Assembly: GCA_039809905.1 (NCBI GenBank)
Contig: JBDHVY010000001.1
Coordinates: 210,001 to 242,000, forward strand
Origin: Candidatus Babelota bacterium
GTDB taxonomy: Bacteria > Babelota > Babeliae > Babelales > Vermiphilaceae
Length of the DNA: 32,000 nt
Reading direction: 5' to 3'
Position numbers and translations under genes: made by a program
In this document: piece by piece, positions 8,234 through 18,374 of the stretch
Position numbering within the stretch: position 1 is the stretch's first letter
How the letters are laid out: every line of letters starts with the position of its first letter
The notes under the pieces: model-generated
Seen by the model: only the letters and a program-made list of their open reading frames with translations
Database searches by the model: none
What the model was told of the DNA's origin: nothing

Positions 8234-8473
8234 TTATTCGTCGTCAACAGAAACAACTGATTGGATTGAGGGGATTTTTGCTTTGATTTGGGCCTCAATG
8301 CCCATTTTAAGCGTGATAAAAGAGATTGGGCAGCTGACACATGCCCCATGGAGTTTGACAAAGACTATATCATCTTCAAGTCTTACAAAATGAATATCCC
8401 CACCATCTTGTAAGATAGCGGGGCGTAATTCTTCTAAAATTGCTTGAATCTGATGTATAATCTCAGCTGACAT
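8234..8473 (-). CDS. NifU-like (Nfu C-terminal domain) Fe-S cluster carrier protein
   Basis: 79 aa. LRPAILQDGGDIHFV...VKLHGACVSCPISFITLKMGIE matches the Nfu/NifU C-terminal domain signature (DGGD...G.C..C). The start is only 6 nt after the rplQ stop. Confidence 0.8.
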   Translation of the reverse strand: MSAEIIHQIQAILEELRPAILQDGGDIHFVRLEDDIVFVKLHGACVSCPISFITLKMGIEAQIKAKIPSIQSVVSVDDE

Positions 8474-8479
8474 AGCAGT

Positions 8480-8839
8480 TTACTTTACCCATTCAAGACG
8501 AGCAACAGTAGCTGTATCACTCATACGTTTACCAAGAGGAATAATACGAGTATATCCACCTGGACGAGAAACATATTGAGGAGCAATTTCTTTAAACAAT
8601 TTAATCACAGCATCCATGTCATATGGCAATAATGCCTGTACACGACGACGAGCGTTAAATGTATTGCCTTCACGAGCAATAGTAACTACACGTTCAACAA
8701 GGCGTCTTGTTTCTTTAACTCGAGCTTTAGTTGAAGTCAAATGTCCGTAATTAATCATATGAATAGTTTGATTACGAAGCATTGCTCTTCTATGCGGAGC
8801 TTTAAGATTTAATTTTTTTCGACCATTCTGATGTATCAT
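8480..8839 (-). CDS. rplQ: 50S ribosomal protein L17
   Basis: KLNLKAPHRRAMLRNQ...TSTKARVKETRRLVERVVTIA are typical L17 motifs. Canonical position after rpoA. Confidence 0.95.
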   Translation of the reverse strand: MIHQNGRKKLNLKAPHRRAMLRNQTIHMINYGHLTSTKARVKETRRLVERVVTIAREGNTFNARRRVQALLPYDMDAVIKLFKEIAPQYVSRPGGYTRIIPLGKRMSDTATVARLEWVK

Positions 8840-8841
8840 TT

Positions 8842-9885
8842 TTATCCCTGACCTAGGATTTTTTTAACATTTTCTTCATTGATATTCATGCCAAAAGAAA
8901 GTCCAAATGCTTTCATACTTTCTTTTACTTCATTCAGCGATTTACGACCAAAATTCTTAATTTTGAGCGCATCATCTTCTGCAACATTAACTAAATCAAT
9001 AACACGATTAATACCGGCATTGATTAAACAATTATGTGCTCTGACTGAAAGCTCCAGCTCTTCAATTGGTTTCAGTAACAAGTCAACAGGAACACCCTTA
9101 AGACTTGAATCACTTGTTTTCAATGGAATTTTTTCTACTTTTTCTTCAGGAAGCCGTGATATTTCATTAAATGGAATTTCAGTGCTTTCAAGGAAATGTT
9201 CTAGCTGTGTGCGCAAAACTGAAACTGCATAATGCAAAGCATCAACAGGATTTTCTGAACCATTGGTATGAATACGCAAGATAAGCTTATCATAATCAAT
9301 TGCTTCACCAACACGAGTTTTTTCGATATCGAACATAACTTTACGTATAGGAGAAAACATTGCATCCAAATAGATTCTATTATCATCCTGATATGGCTTA
9401 TCTACTGGCCATTGAGCTTGTTGATACCCTCTTCCTGGTTCAACAAAGAATTCAATGTCAAGTTCACCATCAAATGCAACATGAGCGAAAACATAATCTT
9501 TATTGATTAGTTCAAGGTGATCATCAGCAACGATATCACTCACGCGCACTTCTGATTCACCTTTTTTCGTCACACGCATTTTTCCGGGTTTACCTTCTTT
9601 ATTGCGAATGACAATATTTTTGATGTTCAAAACAATTTGCATTGCATCTTCAACAACACCAGGAATTGCTGAAAATTCATTGTTAACATCTTTAATAATT
9701 ATAGATGTTATTGCAGAACCTTCGACGCCACTAAGCAAAATTCTTCGTAACGAGTTTCCAATCGTTATTCCAAAACCTGGTTCAAGCGGTTGAACTACTA
9801 ATTCGCCGCATGTTTCACTTAGCGTCTTTTTTTCCCATTTCAACTGTGGAATGATAAGTGGTTTGTATTCTCTGTTCTTAGTCAT
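8842..9885 (-). CDS. rpoA: DNA-directed RNA polymerase subunit alpha
   Basis: 347 aa. N-terminal PLEPGFGITIGNSLRRILLS and C-terminal-domain ELELSVRAHNCLINAGI...NFGRKSLNEV are diagnostic. AGGAGG SD. Confidence 0.97.
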   Translation of the reverse strand: MTKNREYKPLIIPQLKWEKKTLSETCGELVVQPLEPGFGITIGNSLRRILLSGVEGSAITSIIIKDVNNEFSAIPGVVEDAMQIVLNIKNIVIRNKEGKPGKMRVTKKGESEVRVSDIVADDHLELINKDYVFAHVAFDGELDIEFFVEPGRGYQQAQWPVDKPYQDDNRIYLDAMFSPIRKVMFDIEKTRVGEAIDYDKLILRIHTNGSENPVDALHYAVSVLRTQLEHFLESTEIPFNEISRLPEEKVEKIPLKTSDSSLKGVPVDLLLKPIEELELSVRAHNCLINAGINRVIDLVNVAEDDALKIKNFGRKSLNEVKESMKAFGLSFGMNINEENVKKILGQG

Positions 9886-9920
9886 TCAACCTCCTGCTTG
9901 CCTGGACTTTCAACTATCTA

Positions 9921-10472
9921 TTACTTAGAATACAATTCTACAATCAAATGCTCTTCAATTGGCACTTGAATATCAGCACGAACAGGAAGACGGAGTACTC
10001 GTCCAAATCTGTCTTTTTTGTCTAATTCCAACCATTCTGGAACTTTGATGCCAACTTTCATTCTTTTTTCAATAACGTCTTTCAAAAATGTTTCCATTTT
10101 TGCTACACGCTCAGAAAGAGAAATAACATCATCAGCTGAAACCAAGAATGATGGAGAATATACTTTTTTGCCGTTCACAAGAACATGTCCGTGAGTAACA
10201 ACTTGACGAGCTTGTGTGCGCGTTGTTGCTAATTTTAATTTAAACAGAACATTATCTAAGCGACGCTCAAGCAAACTTAATAGGTTTTCACCTGGTCCGC
10301 CATCACGTTGTTTACTTGCTACTGCAAAAAAACGTTTAAATTGACGCTCGCGCAAGCCGTACATTTCTTTAACTTTTTGTTTTTCTTGAAGTTGCTTTCC
10401 ATATTCAGAAAGCTTTCTGCGCGGAGCTTTTTGTTGCTGTTTTTCGGTTGATTCTTCTCTTACAACTGCCAT
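9921..10472 (-). CDS. rpsD: 30S ribosomal protein S4 (short form lacking the conserved N-terminal segment)
   Basis: RRKLSEYGKQLQEKQKVKEMYGLRERQFKRFF, LLERRLDNVLF, TRTQARQVVTHGHVLVNG and EHLIVELYSK are S4 hallmarks. 183 aa. TAAGG SD. An in-frame TAA lies two codons upstream of the ATG. Confidence 0.93.
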   Translation of the reverse strand: MAVVREESTEKQQQKAPRRKLSEYGKQLQEKQKVKEMYGLRERQFKRFFAVASKQRDGGPGENLLSLLERRLDNVLFKLKLATTRTQARQVVTHGHVLVNGKKVYSPSFLVSADDVISLSERVAKMETFLKDVIEKRMKVGIKVPEWLELDKKDRFGRVLRLPVRADIQVPIEEHLIVELYSK

Positions 10473-10504
10473 GGTACCTTATCCCACTAAAAATGATTAA
10501 TTTT

Positions 10505-10888
10505 TTATACTCGGCGCTTTTTAGGAGCTCGGCAACCATTATGAGGTAACGGAGTAACATCGCGTAATGTTTTAACTGCCATACCTGCAGACTGGAACGC
10601 ACGAACAACAGAATCTCTACCAGATCCCGGCCCTTGCATATTCACTTCCAACTCTTTGACTCCAACCATTTGCATTTCTTTTGCTAATGTTGAAGCAATT
10701 TGAGATGCCGCAAACGGAGTACTCTTACGAGATCCTTTGAATCCTAAGCGGCCAGCACTTGAAGAAAACAACACATCACCTTCCATTGTTGTAATTGAAA
10801 CAATGGTATTGTTAAATGTTGATTTAACGTGTGCAATAGCTGATGCTATTTTTTGTTTTTGTTTTTTTGGTTTTTTCTTGTAAGCCAT
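10505..10888 (-). CDS. rpsK: 30S ribosomal protein S11
   Basis: [22 protein letters not shown]...[13 protein letters not shown]...[17 protein letters not shown]. Confidence 0.96.
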   Translation of the reverse strand: MAYKKKPKKQKQKIASAIAHVKSTFNNTIVSITTMEGDVLFSSSAGRLGFKGSRKSTPFAASQIASTLAKEMQMVGVKELEVNMQGPGSGRDSVVRAFQSAGMAVKTLRDVTPLPHNGCRAPKKRRV

Positions 10889-10913
10889 GTAATCAAAACC
10901 CTTATTACGTTAT

Positions 10914-11297
10914 TTATTTCTTAGTTACTTTACGTTTAAGTGCTACTGGGTTTTTCTTTGGACCCTTACGTGTACGCGCATTCGTTTTTGTGCGTTGACC
11001 ACGAACTGGCAACCCACGTTTATGACGCAAACCTCTGTAAGAACCAATTTCCTGCAAACGCTTAATATTTAACGTAATTTCTTTGCGCAATTCACCTTCA
11101 ACTTTATAGTTATCAGTGATTTCTTTTTGAATTGCTGCAATTTCAGCGTCAGTTAAATCTTTTACTCGCGTATCAAAATTGATATTGAGTTTGGTCAAAA
11201 TATCTTGCGATCCCGCAAGACCAATTCCAAAAATATACGGTAGGCTATATTCTACTCGTTTATTTGCTGGTAAATTAACACCTTCAATTCTGGCCAT
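10914..11297 (-). CDS. rpsM: 30S ribosomal protein S13
   Basis: [24 protein letters not shown]...[26 protein letters not shown]. Confidence 0.96.
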   Translation of the reverse strand: MARIEGVNLPANKRVEYSLPYIFGIGLAGSQDILTKLNINFDTRVKDLTDAEIAAIQKEITDNYKVEGELRKEITLNIKRLQEIGSYRGLRHKRGLPVRGQRTKTNARTRKGPKKNPVALKRKVTKK

Positions 11298-11319
11298 AAT
11301 TTATTGTTCCTCTTTATTT

Positions 11320-11436
11320 CTAACCTTGTCGTTGCTTATGCTTAGGGCTCTTATTGCAAATAACGCGAACAACACCCTTACGCTTAATGATACGACATTC
11401 GTTACAAATAGCTTTTACTGATGTCCGAACTTTCAT
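11320..11436 (-). CDS. rpmJ: 50S ribosomal protein L36 (zinc-binding CxxC...C...H form)
   Basis: Not in the ORF track (below its length cutoff). Hand translation gives [38 protein letters not shown], stop TAG at 11320-11322. Canonical position between infA and rpsM. Confidence 0.93.
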   Translation of the reverse strand: MKVRTSVKAICNECRIIKRKGVVRVICNKSPKHKQRQG

Positions 11437-11448
11437 GATAACTCCTGC

Positions 11449-11673
11449 CTAATCTTTGTATCGCAGTACAATTCTTCCACGTGTTAGATCGTACGGTGAC
11501 AATTCTAACGCAACTCTATCACCTGGCAGAATACGAATATAATGCATCCGCATTTTACCCGATACATGTCCTAAAACAACATGTCCGCCTTCAATTTCTA
11601 CTCGAAACATTGCATTAGGCAATGTTTCTTTCACAACTCCATCGACTCGTATAACTTCTTCTTTTTGCTTCAT
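11449..11673 (-). CDS. infA: Translation initiation factor IF-1
   Basis: 74 aa. [58 protein letters not shown]. Confidence 0.96.
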   Translation of the reverse strand: MKQKEEVIRVDGVVKETLPNAMFRVEIEGGHVVLGHVSGKMRMHYIRILPGDRVALELSPYDLTRGRIVLRYKD

Positions 11674-12452
11674 GAAACACTCGCATTGTTTTGTTGTTCA
11701 GAATTTTTGCTTGTCAAAATCACTGGCCCCGCATGTGTAATTGCAATAGTATCTTCTACATGAGCTGCCAAACTACGATCAACAGTTTTTACCGTCCAAC
11801 CGTCATCAGTAACATACACCTGATAAGCTCCAGCAGTAACCATCGGTTCAATCGCAAACGTCATGCCTTCACATAAAACGGGACCTCTACCAGGCTTGCC
11901 ATAATTTACTATCTCAGGCTCTTCATGCATGTTTTTTCCAATACCATGTCCAGCAAAATCGCGTACAACACCAAATCCATGTTTTTCGACTTCTTGTTGT
12001 ATTGCTGATGAAATATCGGATAATCTATTGCCCACACGCGCCTGCTCAATTCCTTTTTTCAATGCTTGATATGCTACATCAACCAACTTTTGCGCTTGAT
12101 CAGATGGTTTACCAACAAAAAAGCTCCGTGCCATATCAGCACAGTAGCCATTCCATGAAGCACACACATCAATTTTTACCAAATCTCCCAATTGCAAAAG
12201 AGAATCTGCTCGAGGAACTCCATGAACAACTACGTCGTTCACGGAAATACAACTTACATGACGATATCCCATGTAACCTTTAACACGAGACACCAATCCT
12301 TTTTCTTGCAACTGTGATTCAATCCACGCATCAATTTCTGCTGTAGAGATTCCTGGTTTAATCAAATGCTCTACTGAACATAAAATATCAGACAACAATG
12401 AACCCGCTTGGGCCATTTTTTGGATTGAAAGTTTATTTTTTATATGAATCAT
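11670..12452 (-). CDS. map: Methionine aminopeptidase, type I
   Basis: VVHGVP, DLVKIDV, the [11 protein letters not shown] metal-ligand context, GHGIG..MHEEP, FAIEPM and HVEDT. 4-nt overlap with infA. Confidence 0.94.
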   Translation of the reverse strand: MIHIKNKLSIQKMAQAGSLLSDILCSVEHLIKPGISTAEIDAWIESQLQEKGLVSRVKGYMGYRHVSCISVNDVVVHGVPRADSLLQLGDLVKIDVCASWNGYCADMARSFFVGKPSDQAQKLVDVAYQALKKGIEQARVGNRLSDISSAIQQEVEKHGFGVVRDFAGHGIGKNMHEEPEIVNYGKPGRGPVLCEGMTFAIEPMVTAGAYQVYVTDDGWTVKTVDRSLAAHVEDTIAITHAGPVILTSKNSEQQNNASVS

Positions 12453-12464
12453 ATACGTACGTAT

Positions 12465-13151
12465 CTATTCGCCTATAATATGCACAAAATCTTCAAATAC
12501 TTTTTGCAACTGTTGGGATGCATCTAGTTTTATCACTTCGCTCTTATTGTTCTCATAAAAATTAATCAACTGTTGCTCATGTCGATGATAAATATCAAGA
12601 CGGTTTCTTACCGCAACCTCACTATCATCATCTCTTCTTCCCAATGGACCTGAGCACAGGCCACAAACAAGCGCCTCTGTTGATGCGCTATCTGCATTAG
12701 AAGAATACGAATAAACAGCCTGACATTCTTTATTTTGACATACGTAGCGAGAACATAATCGGTTAACAACCACATCGTCGGTAAGCTCAAATAAAACAAC
12801 CCTCACTCGGACATTTGAAAAATGGTTTTTAAGCATAGTATCAAACGATTGAGCTTGAGCGACTGTTCGAGGATATCCATCAAAAATAAAGCCTGATCCC
12901 TTATCAGAATTCTCATTAAACCAGTCAAAAACCATAGAAGTAATGAGGTCATCATTAATTAATTTACCAGATTTGATAATTAAATCTATTTCTTTGCCTA
13001 TTTTTGTTTGTTCAACGATATGTTTTCTACACAAATTTCCGGTAGAAATCTGTAACCATCCAAAATGATTGACACAAAGACTGGCAAGTGAACCTTTCCC
13101 AGCCCCTGGAGGTCCAATAAAAATGAAAACGTCCCCAACCTGATGATTCAA
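12465..13151 (-). CDS. adk: Adenylate kinase (long form, Cys-rich zinc lid)
   Basis: P-loop GPPGAGKGS, FIFDGYPRT, lid cysteines CQNKEC...CGLCSGPLGRRDDD. Confidence 0.93.
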   Translation of the reverse strand: MNHQVGDVFIFIGPPGAGKGSLASLCVNHFGWLQISTGNLCRKHIVEQTKIGKEIDLIIKSGKLINDDLITSMVFDWFNENSDKGSGFIFDGYPRTVAQAQSFDTMLKNHFSNVRVRVVLFELTDDVVVNRLCSRYVCQNKECQAVYSYSSNADSASTEALVCGLCSGPLGRRDDDSEVAVRNRLDIYHRHEQQLINFYENNKSEVIKLDASQQLQKVFEDFVHIIGE

Positions 13152-14473
13152 CGCATGCCCCTACCTTTTAATCGTCCAGAAGATAAAAATCCTTCATAAC
13201 GATGTTCGATCAAATACGATTCAATTTGTGCGGCTGTTTCATTTGCTACACCAACAACAATCAAAAGCGCGGTACCACTTAAAATTCCTGATAAGTAAAA
13301 AGGCATTGCCAAAAGCCAGTGTATAATGCTTGGCACAAGCGCTAAAGCTGCAAGATATAATGCCCCAACTAATCCTATACGAGTCAGTATATAACTAAAA
13401 AAGTCAGCAGTTTGTTTTCCTGGGCGAATTCCCGGTATAAAACCGCCACCTTTTTTGATATTATCTGCCAACTCTTCAGGATTAAATACAAGGGCAGTGT
13501 AGAAAAATGAAAAACCAATGATTAAAATAAAGTCTAAAATACTGTATGCAAATCCACCTGCAGCAAAACTTTCTGATATTGGCTTAAAAAAAGCCCATCG
13601 TGCAGCAAGGAGTGTTAATGCAAACATTGGTATATTCAACATTGCATTTGCAAGAATAACTGGCATAACTCCTGATGGATTAATTTTGAATGGTATGTAT
13701 GTGCTCTGTCCTCCGTACATTTTACCGCCAACAATACGTCGCGAATATTGCACAGGAACTTTACGTTCTCCTTTTTCAAGAAAAACTATAGCTGCTGCTA
13801 TAGCAATTGCTACAACAAATAAAAAGATACCCACAACTATATCGAGGTATCCTTCTTGAATTGCACCTATTATTTTAATGATATCATCGGGAAAACGAGC
13901 CACAATACCTGCAAAAATAATCATTGATGTACCGTTACCAATGCCAAAGAGAGATATTTGCTCTCCAAGCCACATAACAAACATAGTACCAACAGAGAGC
14001 GATATTACAAACAATAGTCGTGATCCAATCCATGGATCAATAACCAAACCGTAACGCTCAAGAAGAAACACAAACGCCAAGCTTTGAACCATAGCAACGA
14101 TAACTGCTAAGTATCGTTGATATTGGTTAATAATCTTGCGGCCATATTCTCCTTCTTTTGATAACTGCTCAAGAGTAGGTATAGAAAGACTTAAAAACTG
14201 CATCATAATAGACGCAGTAATATATGGACTAATACCTAAGGCAAATATAGTGCATTGTCGTAAGTTGCCCCCAGAAAAAAGATCTAAGTAGGAAAAAATC
14301 CCACTCAATCCCCCACTTTGATTCATCATTTGCAAAAGTTTGTCAATATCAACGCCAATCACAGGGATGTGATGACCTAATCGATAAATTACTAATATTA
14401 CCAACGTAAAAATTATTTTTTTACGCAATTCGGGAATACTAAACATATTAAGAAAATTTCTGAGGAGCACCAC
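13148..14473 (-). CDS. secY: Preprotein translocase subunit SecY
   Basis: 441 aa, polytopic. ELRKKIIFTLVILVIYRLGHHIPVIGVD, ALGISPYITASI and GGFIPGIRPGKQT are SecY signatures. GTG start with AAGGAG 9 nt upstream. Confidence 0.96.
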   Translation of the reverse strand: MVLLRNFLNMFSIPELRKKIIFTLVILVIYRLGHHIPVIGVDIDKLLQMMNQSGGLSGIFSYLDLFSGGNLRQCTIFALGISPYITASIMMQFLSLSIPTLEQLSKEGEYGRKIINQYQRYLAVIVAMVQSLAFVFLLERYGLVIDPWIGSRLLFVISLSVGTMFVMWLGEQISLFGIGNGTSMIIFAGIVARFPDDIIKIIGAIQEGYLDIVVGIFLFVVAIAIAAAIVFLEKGERKVPVQYSRRIVGGKMYGGQSTYIPFKINPSGVMPVILANAMLNIPMFALTLLAARWAFFKPISESFAAGGFAYSILDFILIIGFSFFYTALVFNPEELADNIKKGGGFIPGIRPGKQTADFFSYILTRIGLVGALYLAALALVPSIIHWLLAMPFYLSGILSGTALLIVVGVANETAAQIESYLIEHRYEGFLSSGRLKGRGMR

Positions 14474-14476
14474 TGC

Positions 14477-14947
14477 TTACAACTCCTTTATTATAAGTGC
14501 CTTACCACCAACTTTTTCTATTGCTTGTTTTGCTGATGCGCTGAATGCGAAAGCAGAAACATTTAATTTCTTGCTTAATTCACCTTCACCAAGAATTTTA
14601 ACAATAGTTCCTTTTTTTATATCTCGTTGCTCGCTTCTTCTAGGCTTTATAAGGCCTTTTTGCGTTAAAGTAAGCACATTTACTTCTTCTCCATCTGCAA
14701 ACGCCTGCTCTAAACGATCTAGGTTTACTACAGACATTTCTTTACAGAAGTGAGCGTTATTAAATCCACGCTTAGGAAGACGACGTTGTAATGGAGTTTG
14801 TCCACCTTCAAATCCACGACCTTTTGGACCGCCTGAACGAGCGTTTTGTCCTTTATGCCCACGACCAGAAGTACCACCGCGTGATCCACCACGACCAACT
14901 TTTTTTCTTTTTTTTCCTGATGATTGCAAATTATCTAAGGTAAACAT
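14477..14947 (-). CDS. rplO: 50S ribosomal protein L15
   Basis: KKVGRGGSRGGTSGRGHKGQNARSG...GFEGGQTPLQRRLPKRGF. Confidence 0.95.
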   Translation of the reverse strand: MFTLDNLQSSGKKRKKVGRGGSRGGTSGRGHKGQNARSGGPKGRGFEGGQTPLQRRLPKRGFNNAHFCKEMSVVNLDRLEQAFADGEEVNVLTLTQKGLIKPRRSEQRDIKKGTIVKILGEGELSKKLNVSAFAFSASAKQAIEKVGGKALIIKEL

Positions 14948-15486
14948 TACGATCCTTTGACCATTTCTTGAACTGTTTTTCCACGCAACATACTCAAACG
15001 ATCTGCTGAACGCAATTGCGCTAAAGCATTCATCGTTGCTTTTGCTACGTTAATACCATTGCTAGAGCCCATAGATTTGGTAAGAACATCTTCAACACCT
15101 GCAGCGCTCATAATTGCTCGAACAGCTCCGCCGGCAATATTTCCAGTACCTTTAGATGCTGGACGAACTACCACGCGAGTTGCTCCATGTTTGCCTAATG
15201 CTTCATATGGCACAGTTGAACCTCGACGAGCAACTTCTATCATTCTTTTGCGAGCTCTATTGGTTGCTTTAGCAATAGCCATAGAAACTTCACGGCTTTT
15301 ACCAAGACCAAGACCAACTTTCCCTTGTTTATCTCCAGAAATAACAAAAGCGGCAAATGAAAAACGTTTTCCACCTTTAGTCACCTTGGTAACACGACGA
15401 AGGCTTACCACGTGATCGACAAAGCCAGAATCTTTTTTGTCTTTACCGTCTTCTCTATTCATTTCTTTTTCTCTTTGCATTGTCAT
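14947..15486 (-). CDS. rpsE: 30S ribosomal protein S5
   Basis: VVSLRRVTKVTKGGKRFSFAAFVISGD..GKVGLGLGKS.EV..AI.KA. The stop overlaps the rplO start by 1 nt (TAATG). Confidence 0.96.
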   Translation of the reverse strand: MTMQREKEMNREDGKDKKDSGFVDHVVSLRRVTKVTKGGKRFSFAAFVISGDKQGKVGLGLGKSREVSMAIAKATNRARKRMIEVARRGSTVPYEALGKHGATRVVVRPASKGTGNIAGGAVRAIMSAAGVEDVLTKSMGSSNGINVAKATMNALAQLRSADRLSMLRGKTVQEMVKGS

Positions 15487-15506
15487 TCTTTAATTTCCTG
15501 CTATAT

Positions 15507-15863
15507 CTAAAATTTCAACGTACCTTCACGTAATCCGTCAGCGAGAGCTTTCACTCTACCATGAAATTTAAAGCGACCTCTATCAAACACTACTGCATCA
15601 ACGCCTTTTGCTTTTGCGCGCTTTGCAAGTTCAAGCCCAATTGCATGAGCAACTGCACTCTTGTCACCTTTTACATCACTCAATTCAAGAGATGAACATG
15701 AAGCAATTGTTTGCCTGTTCATATCATCAATAATTTGAGCATGTATGTGCTTCAAGCTTCTGAAAACAGAAACACGAGGTGGCATACCATAGCGTTTTAC
15801 TTTTGCACGAACACGCATCACTCTACGTTCTGCTGTAATGCGATCTTTTTTACTCGTAGCCAT
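15507..15863 (-). CDS. rplR: 50S ribosomal protein L18
   Basis: [18 protein letters not shown]...[31 protein letters not shown] 15863 is preferred (AGGA 8 nt upstream) over the GTG 15869 used in the ORF track. Confidence 0.94.
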   Translation of the reverse strand: MATSKKDRITAERRVMRVRAKVKRYGMPPRVSVFRSLKHIHAQIIDDMNRQTIASCSSLELSDVKGDKSAVAHAIGLELAKRAKAKGVDAVVFDRGRFKFHGRVKALADGLREGTLKF

Positions 15864-15880
15864 ATTCACAATCCTATGAT

Positions 15881-16444
15881 TTACTTCTTGCCTTTACCAG
15901 CAGTTTTACGGAAAATAACTTCTGATTGAAGTTTGATACCTTTTCCTTTATACGGTTCTGGCTCTTTAAGCTCTCTTATTTTACTGCAAAAATCTCCGAG
16001 AAGATTTTTGTTAAAAGATCTTACTTTTACTTTTTGTCCGGATTTATCTATTTCAACAACTACTCCAGCAGGAAGATCTTTCTCAATCTTATGGCTGAAC
16101 CCAAGAGTTAAAACAATTTTATTACCCGCAAGTGCTGCTTTGTAACCCAAGCCGTTAATTTCAAGCATTTTTTCAAATTCTTGAGATGCACCGCCTAATT
16201 CATTAGCAAGCAAAGCACGATGAAGCCCCCAAGCACGATTAACGTTGCTCAATTGCTTTTGTCCCATTCCCGCTTTATCTTGTGCTGGAACAAGATACAA
16301 ACTTGAATTTTCTACATGTGCACTTATTTCTGGAGATAAATGATAAACACCAGAAGCTTTTGGTCCTTTGTAATGGATATCATGCCCCTTAATGTCTACG
16401 GTAACTCCATTTAATTGTATCGGCTTTCTACCAATTTTTGACAT
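15881..16444 (-). CDS. rplF: 50S ribosomal protein L6
   Basis: [13 protein letters not shown]...; GLGYKA; EPYKGKGI. Confidence 0.95.
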   Translation of the reverse strand: MSKIGRKPIQLNGVTVDIKGHDIHYKGPKASGVYHLSPEISAHVENSSLYLVPAQDKAGMGQKQLSNVNRAWGLHRALLANELGGASQEFEKMLEINGLGYKAALAGNKIVLTLGFSHKIEKDLPAGVVVEIDKSGQKVKVRSFNKNLLGDFCSKIRELKEPEPYKGKGIKLQSEVIFRKTAGKGKK

Positions 16445-16456
16445 GTGCGTGTTCCT

Positions 16457-16855
16457 TTACCAAACGGTACAAATGACTTCACCACCAACAGAAAGTTTTT
16501 TTGCTTTCTGATGAGCAATGACACCACGACTTGTTGTTAATATTGATATACCAAGCTGTCCAATAACTGGTTTAACATCATTAATACCAGCATAAACGCG
16601 ACGTCCTAGTTTGCTTATTCGTTCAATTTCATGAATAGCAGATTCGCCATCAACATATCTTAAAACAACTTTAAGCATTTTTTTTGCATCTGAATCCGCG
16701 TTAAGAATCACAACATCATTAATGAAACCTTCTTCCTTCAAAATGTCTGCAATAGAATGATTCATTTTGGAATAAGGAGCAGTAACAGATGGTTTAGAAA
16801 CCATAACGCCGTTTCGGATGATTGTTAAAAAATCAGCAATTGAATCAACTGACAT
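16457..16855 (-). CDS. rpsH: 30S ribosomal protein S8
   Basis: DSIADFLTIIRNG...ILKEEGFI...ISILTTSRGV....AKK..VGGEVIC.VW. Confidence 0.96.
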   Translation of the reverse strand: MSVDSIADFLTIIRNGVMVSKPSVTAPYSKMNHSIADILKEEGFINDVVILNADSDAKKMLKVVLRYVDGESAIHEIERISKLGRRVYAGINDVKPVIGQLGISILTTSRGVIAHQKAKKLSVGGEVICTVW

Positions 16856-16865
16856 TAGTCACCCT

Positions 16866-17051
16866 TTACCAACTTGTTTTTTTCACGCCAGGAAGCAATC
16901 CTTCTAGCGCATTTTTTCTAAAACACATACGACACATTCTAAACAACCTAAAATATGCACGAGCACGCCCACAGAGCTCACAACGATTGTATGCTCTTAC
17001 TGCAAATTTTGGTGTTTTATTTGTTTTTTCGATCAACGCCTTTCTGGCCAT
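16866..17051 (-). CDS. rpsN: 30S ribosomal protein S14, short zinc-binding type Z
   Basis: 61 aa with CELCGR...CRMCFR (two CxxC pairs) and a C-terminal KKTSW. Confidence 0.94.
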   Translation of the reverse strand: MARKALIEKTNKTPKFAVRAYNRCELCGRARAYFRLFRMCRMCFRKNALEGLLPGVKKTSW

Positions 17052-17073
17052 CTTAATCCTGACGTAAACTGAA

Positions 17074-17625
17074 TTAATTTTTTGATTTTTTAAATGGTAT
17101 ACTAAATGCTTTCAACAAAGCTAACCCATGCTCATCCGTCCGCGCAGATGTCTGGATTGTTATATTCATACCATGAGCTTCTTTAGCAGTGTCAAAATCA
17201 ACTTCAGGGAAAATAGTCCAATCTTTTATACCAACATTATAACTGCCTCTTCCATCAAGCTTAGTAGAAAGCCCCTGAAAGTCGCGTACCTTTGGAAGAG
17301 CCAAAGTAATAAAACGGTCTAAAAATTCATACATCATGTCACCGCGCAATGTTACCATTGTGCCAATTGCCATGCCTTCTCGAAGTTTAAATCCTGCTAT
17401 AGATTTACGAGCCAAACGCTTTATAGGGCGTTGGCCTGAAATTTTTGCCAAAATGTCCATTGATGCTTGGAGAGCTTTTGAATCGGAAACCGCTCCCTTA
17501 ACCCCAACATTCAAAACTATTTTTTGCAATTTTGGGACCATCATGATATTGTCCATTCCAAGCTGCTGTTGCAACTGAGAACGGATTTCATCATTATATT
17601 TTACCGACAATCGTGATTTATTCAT
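17074..17625 (-). CDS. rplE: 50S ribosomal protein L5
   Basis: [37 protein letters not shown] and GMNITI.T.A. Confidence 0.95.
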   Translation of the reverse strand: MNKSRLSVKYNDEIRSQLQQQLGMDNIMMVPKLQKIVLNVGVKGAVSDSKALQASMDILAKISGQRPIKRLARKSIAGFKLREGMAIGTMVTLRGDMMYEFLDRFITLALPKVRDFQGLSTKLDGRGSYNVGIKDWTIFPEVDFDTAKEAHGMNITIQTSARTDEHGLALLKAFSIPFKKSKN

Positions 17626-17646
17626 AATGTAAGTTCCACTGATTTT

Positions 17647-17973
17647 CTAAAAAATTTCCTTACACCGGTTGCACACTCGCGCACTTTTTCCCGTATCCAA
17701 TTGCTTAACATTAACACGCGATGGCTTTTTGCATGAAGAACAAACTGGCATAACCTGGGACATGTTAATAAAACTTTCTTCTTTGCGAATACCACCCGGT
17801 TCACCAACTCTGCGAGGCTTGACATGATGCGTAGCGATAGCAATGCCTTTAACCATAACTCTACCTTCAACTTTACCTTTTTTAGGTAAAATTGCAATTA
17901 CAGAGCCTTCTTTTCCCTTATTTTTTCCCGACAAAACGTGAACTATGTCATTTTTTTTAATGCGCGCTATCAT
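17647..17973 (-). CDS. rplX: 50S ribosomal protein L24 (C-terminal CxxC...CxxC zinc-ribbon form)
   Basis: KKNDIVHVLSGKNKGKEG KOW motif. C-terminal CSSCKKPSRV...RVCNRCKE resembles the zinc-binding L24 I recall from Thermus-type ribosomes. Confidence 0.93.
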   Translation of the reverse strand: MIARIKKNDIVHVLSGKNKGKEGSVIAILPKKGKVEGRVMVKGIAIATHHVKPRRVGEPGGIRKEESFINMSQVMPVCSSCKKPSRVNVKQLDTGKSARVCNRCKEIF

Positions 17974-17986
17974 GAATATACCTTTA

Positions 17987-18355
17987 TTACAAAACTTCTG
18001 GAGCTAGTGACGAGATTTTATCATATTTTAGCGCTCGCAATTCACGTGCAACAGGTCCAAAAATTCGCGTTCCAATCATTTCGCCTTGCTTGTCAATTAC
18101 AACAGCTGCATTTTCACTAAAGCGGATATAACTACCATCTGCTCGACGAAACTCTTTTTTTGTTCGTACAATTACCGCCTCAACAACATCGCCCTTTTTT
18201 ACTTTAGCACCTGGAATAGCTTTCTTTACCGCACACTTAATAGTATCACCTAAATAAGCATAGCGTTTGCGGGTGCTCCCAATTATATGGATACACTGCA
18301 ACGCTTTTGCGCCAGAATTATCAGCTACCTCAAGATACGATTCTTTTTGAACCAT
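17987..18355 (-). CDS. rplN: 50S ribosomal protein L14
   Basis: [17 protein letters not shown]...GD.I...VK.A.PG..VKKGDVV.AVIVRT. Confidence 0.96.
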   Translation of the reverse strand: MVQKESYLEVADNSGAKALQCIHIIGSTRKRYAYLGDTIKCAVKKAIPGAKVKKGDVVEAVIVRTKKEFRRADGSYIRFSENAAVVIDKQGEMIGTRIFGPVARELRALKYDKISSLAPEVL

Positions 18356-18374
18356 ACCAAAATACCTCTATTTT

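Noticed and set aside
17622-17897. 91-aa minus-strand ORF overlapping rplX in another frame, plus similar out-of-frame ORFs (1077-1271, 10405-10608, 12608-12799, 29429-29647)
   Set aside because: They overlap well-supported conserved genes on the same strand in alternate frames, with no independent start signals or family resemblance.
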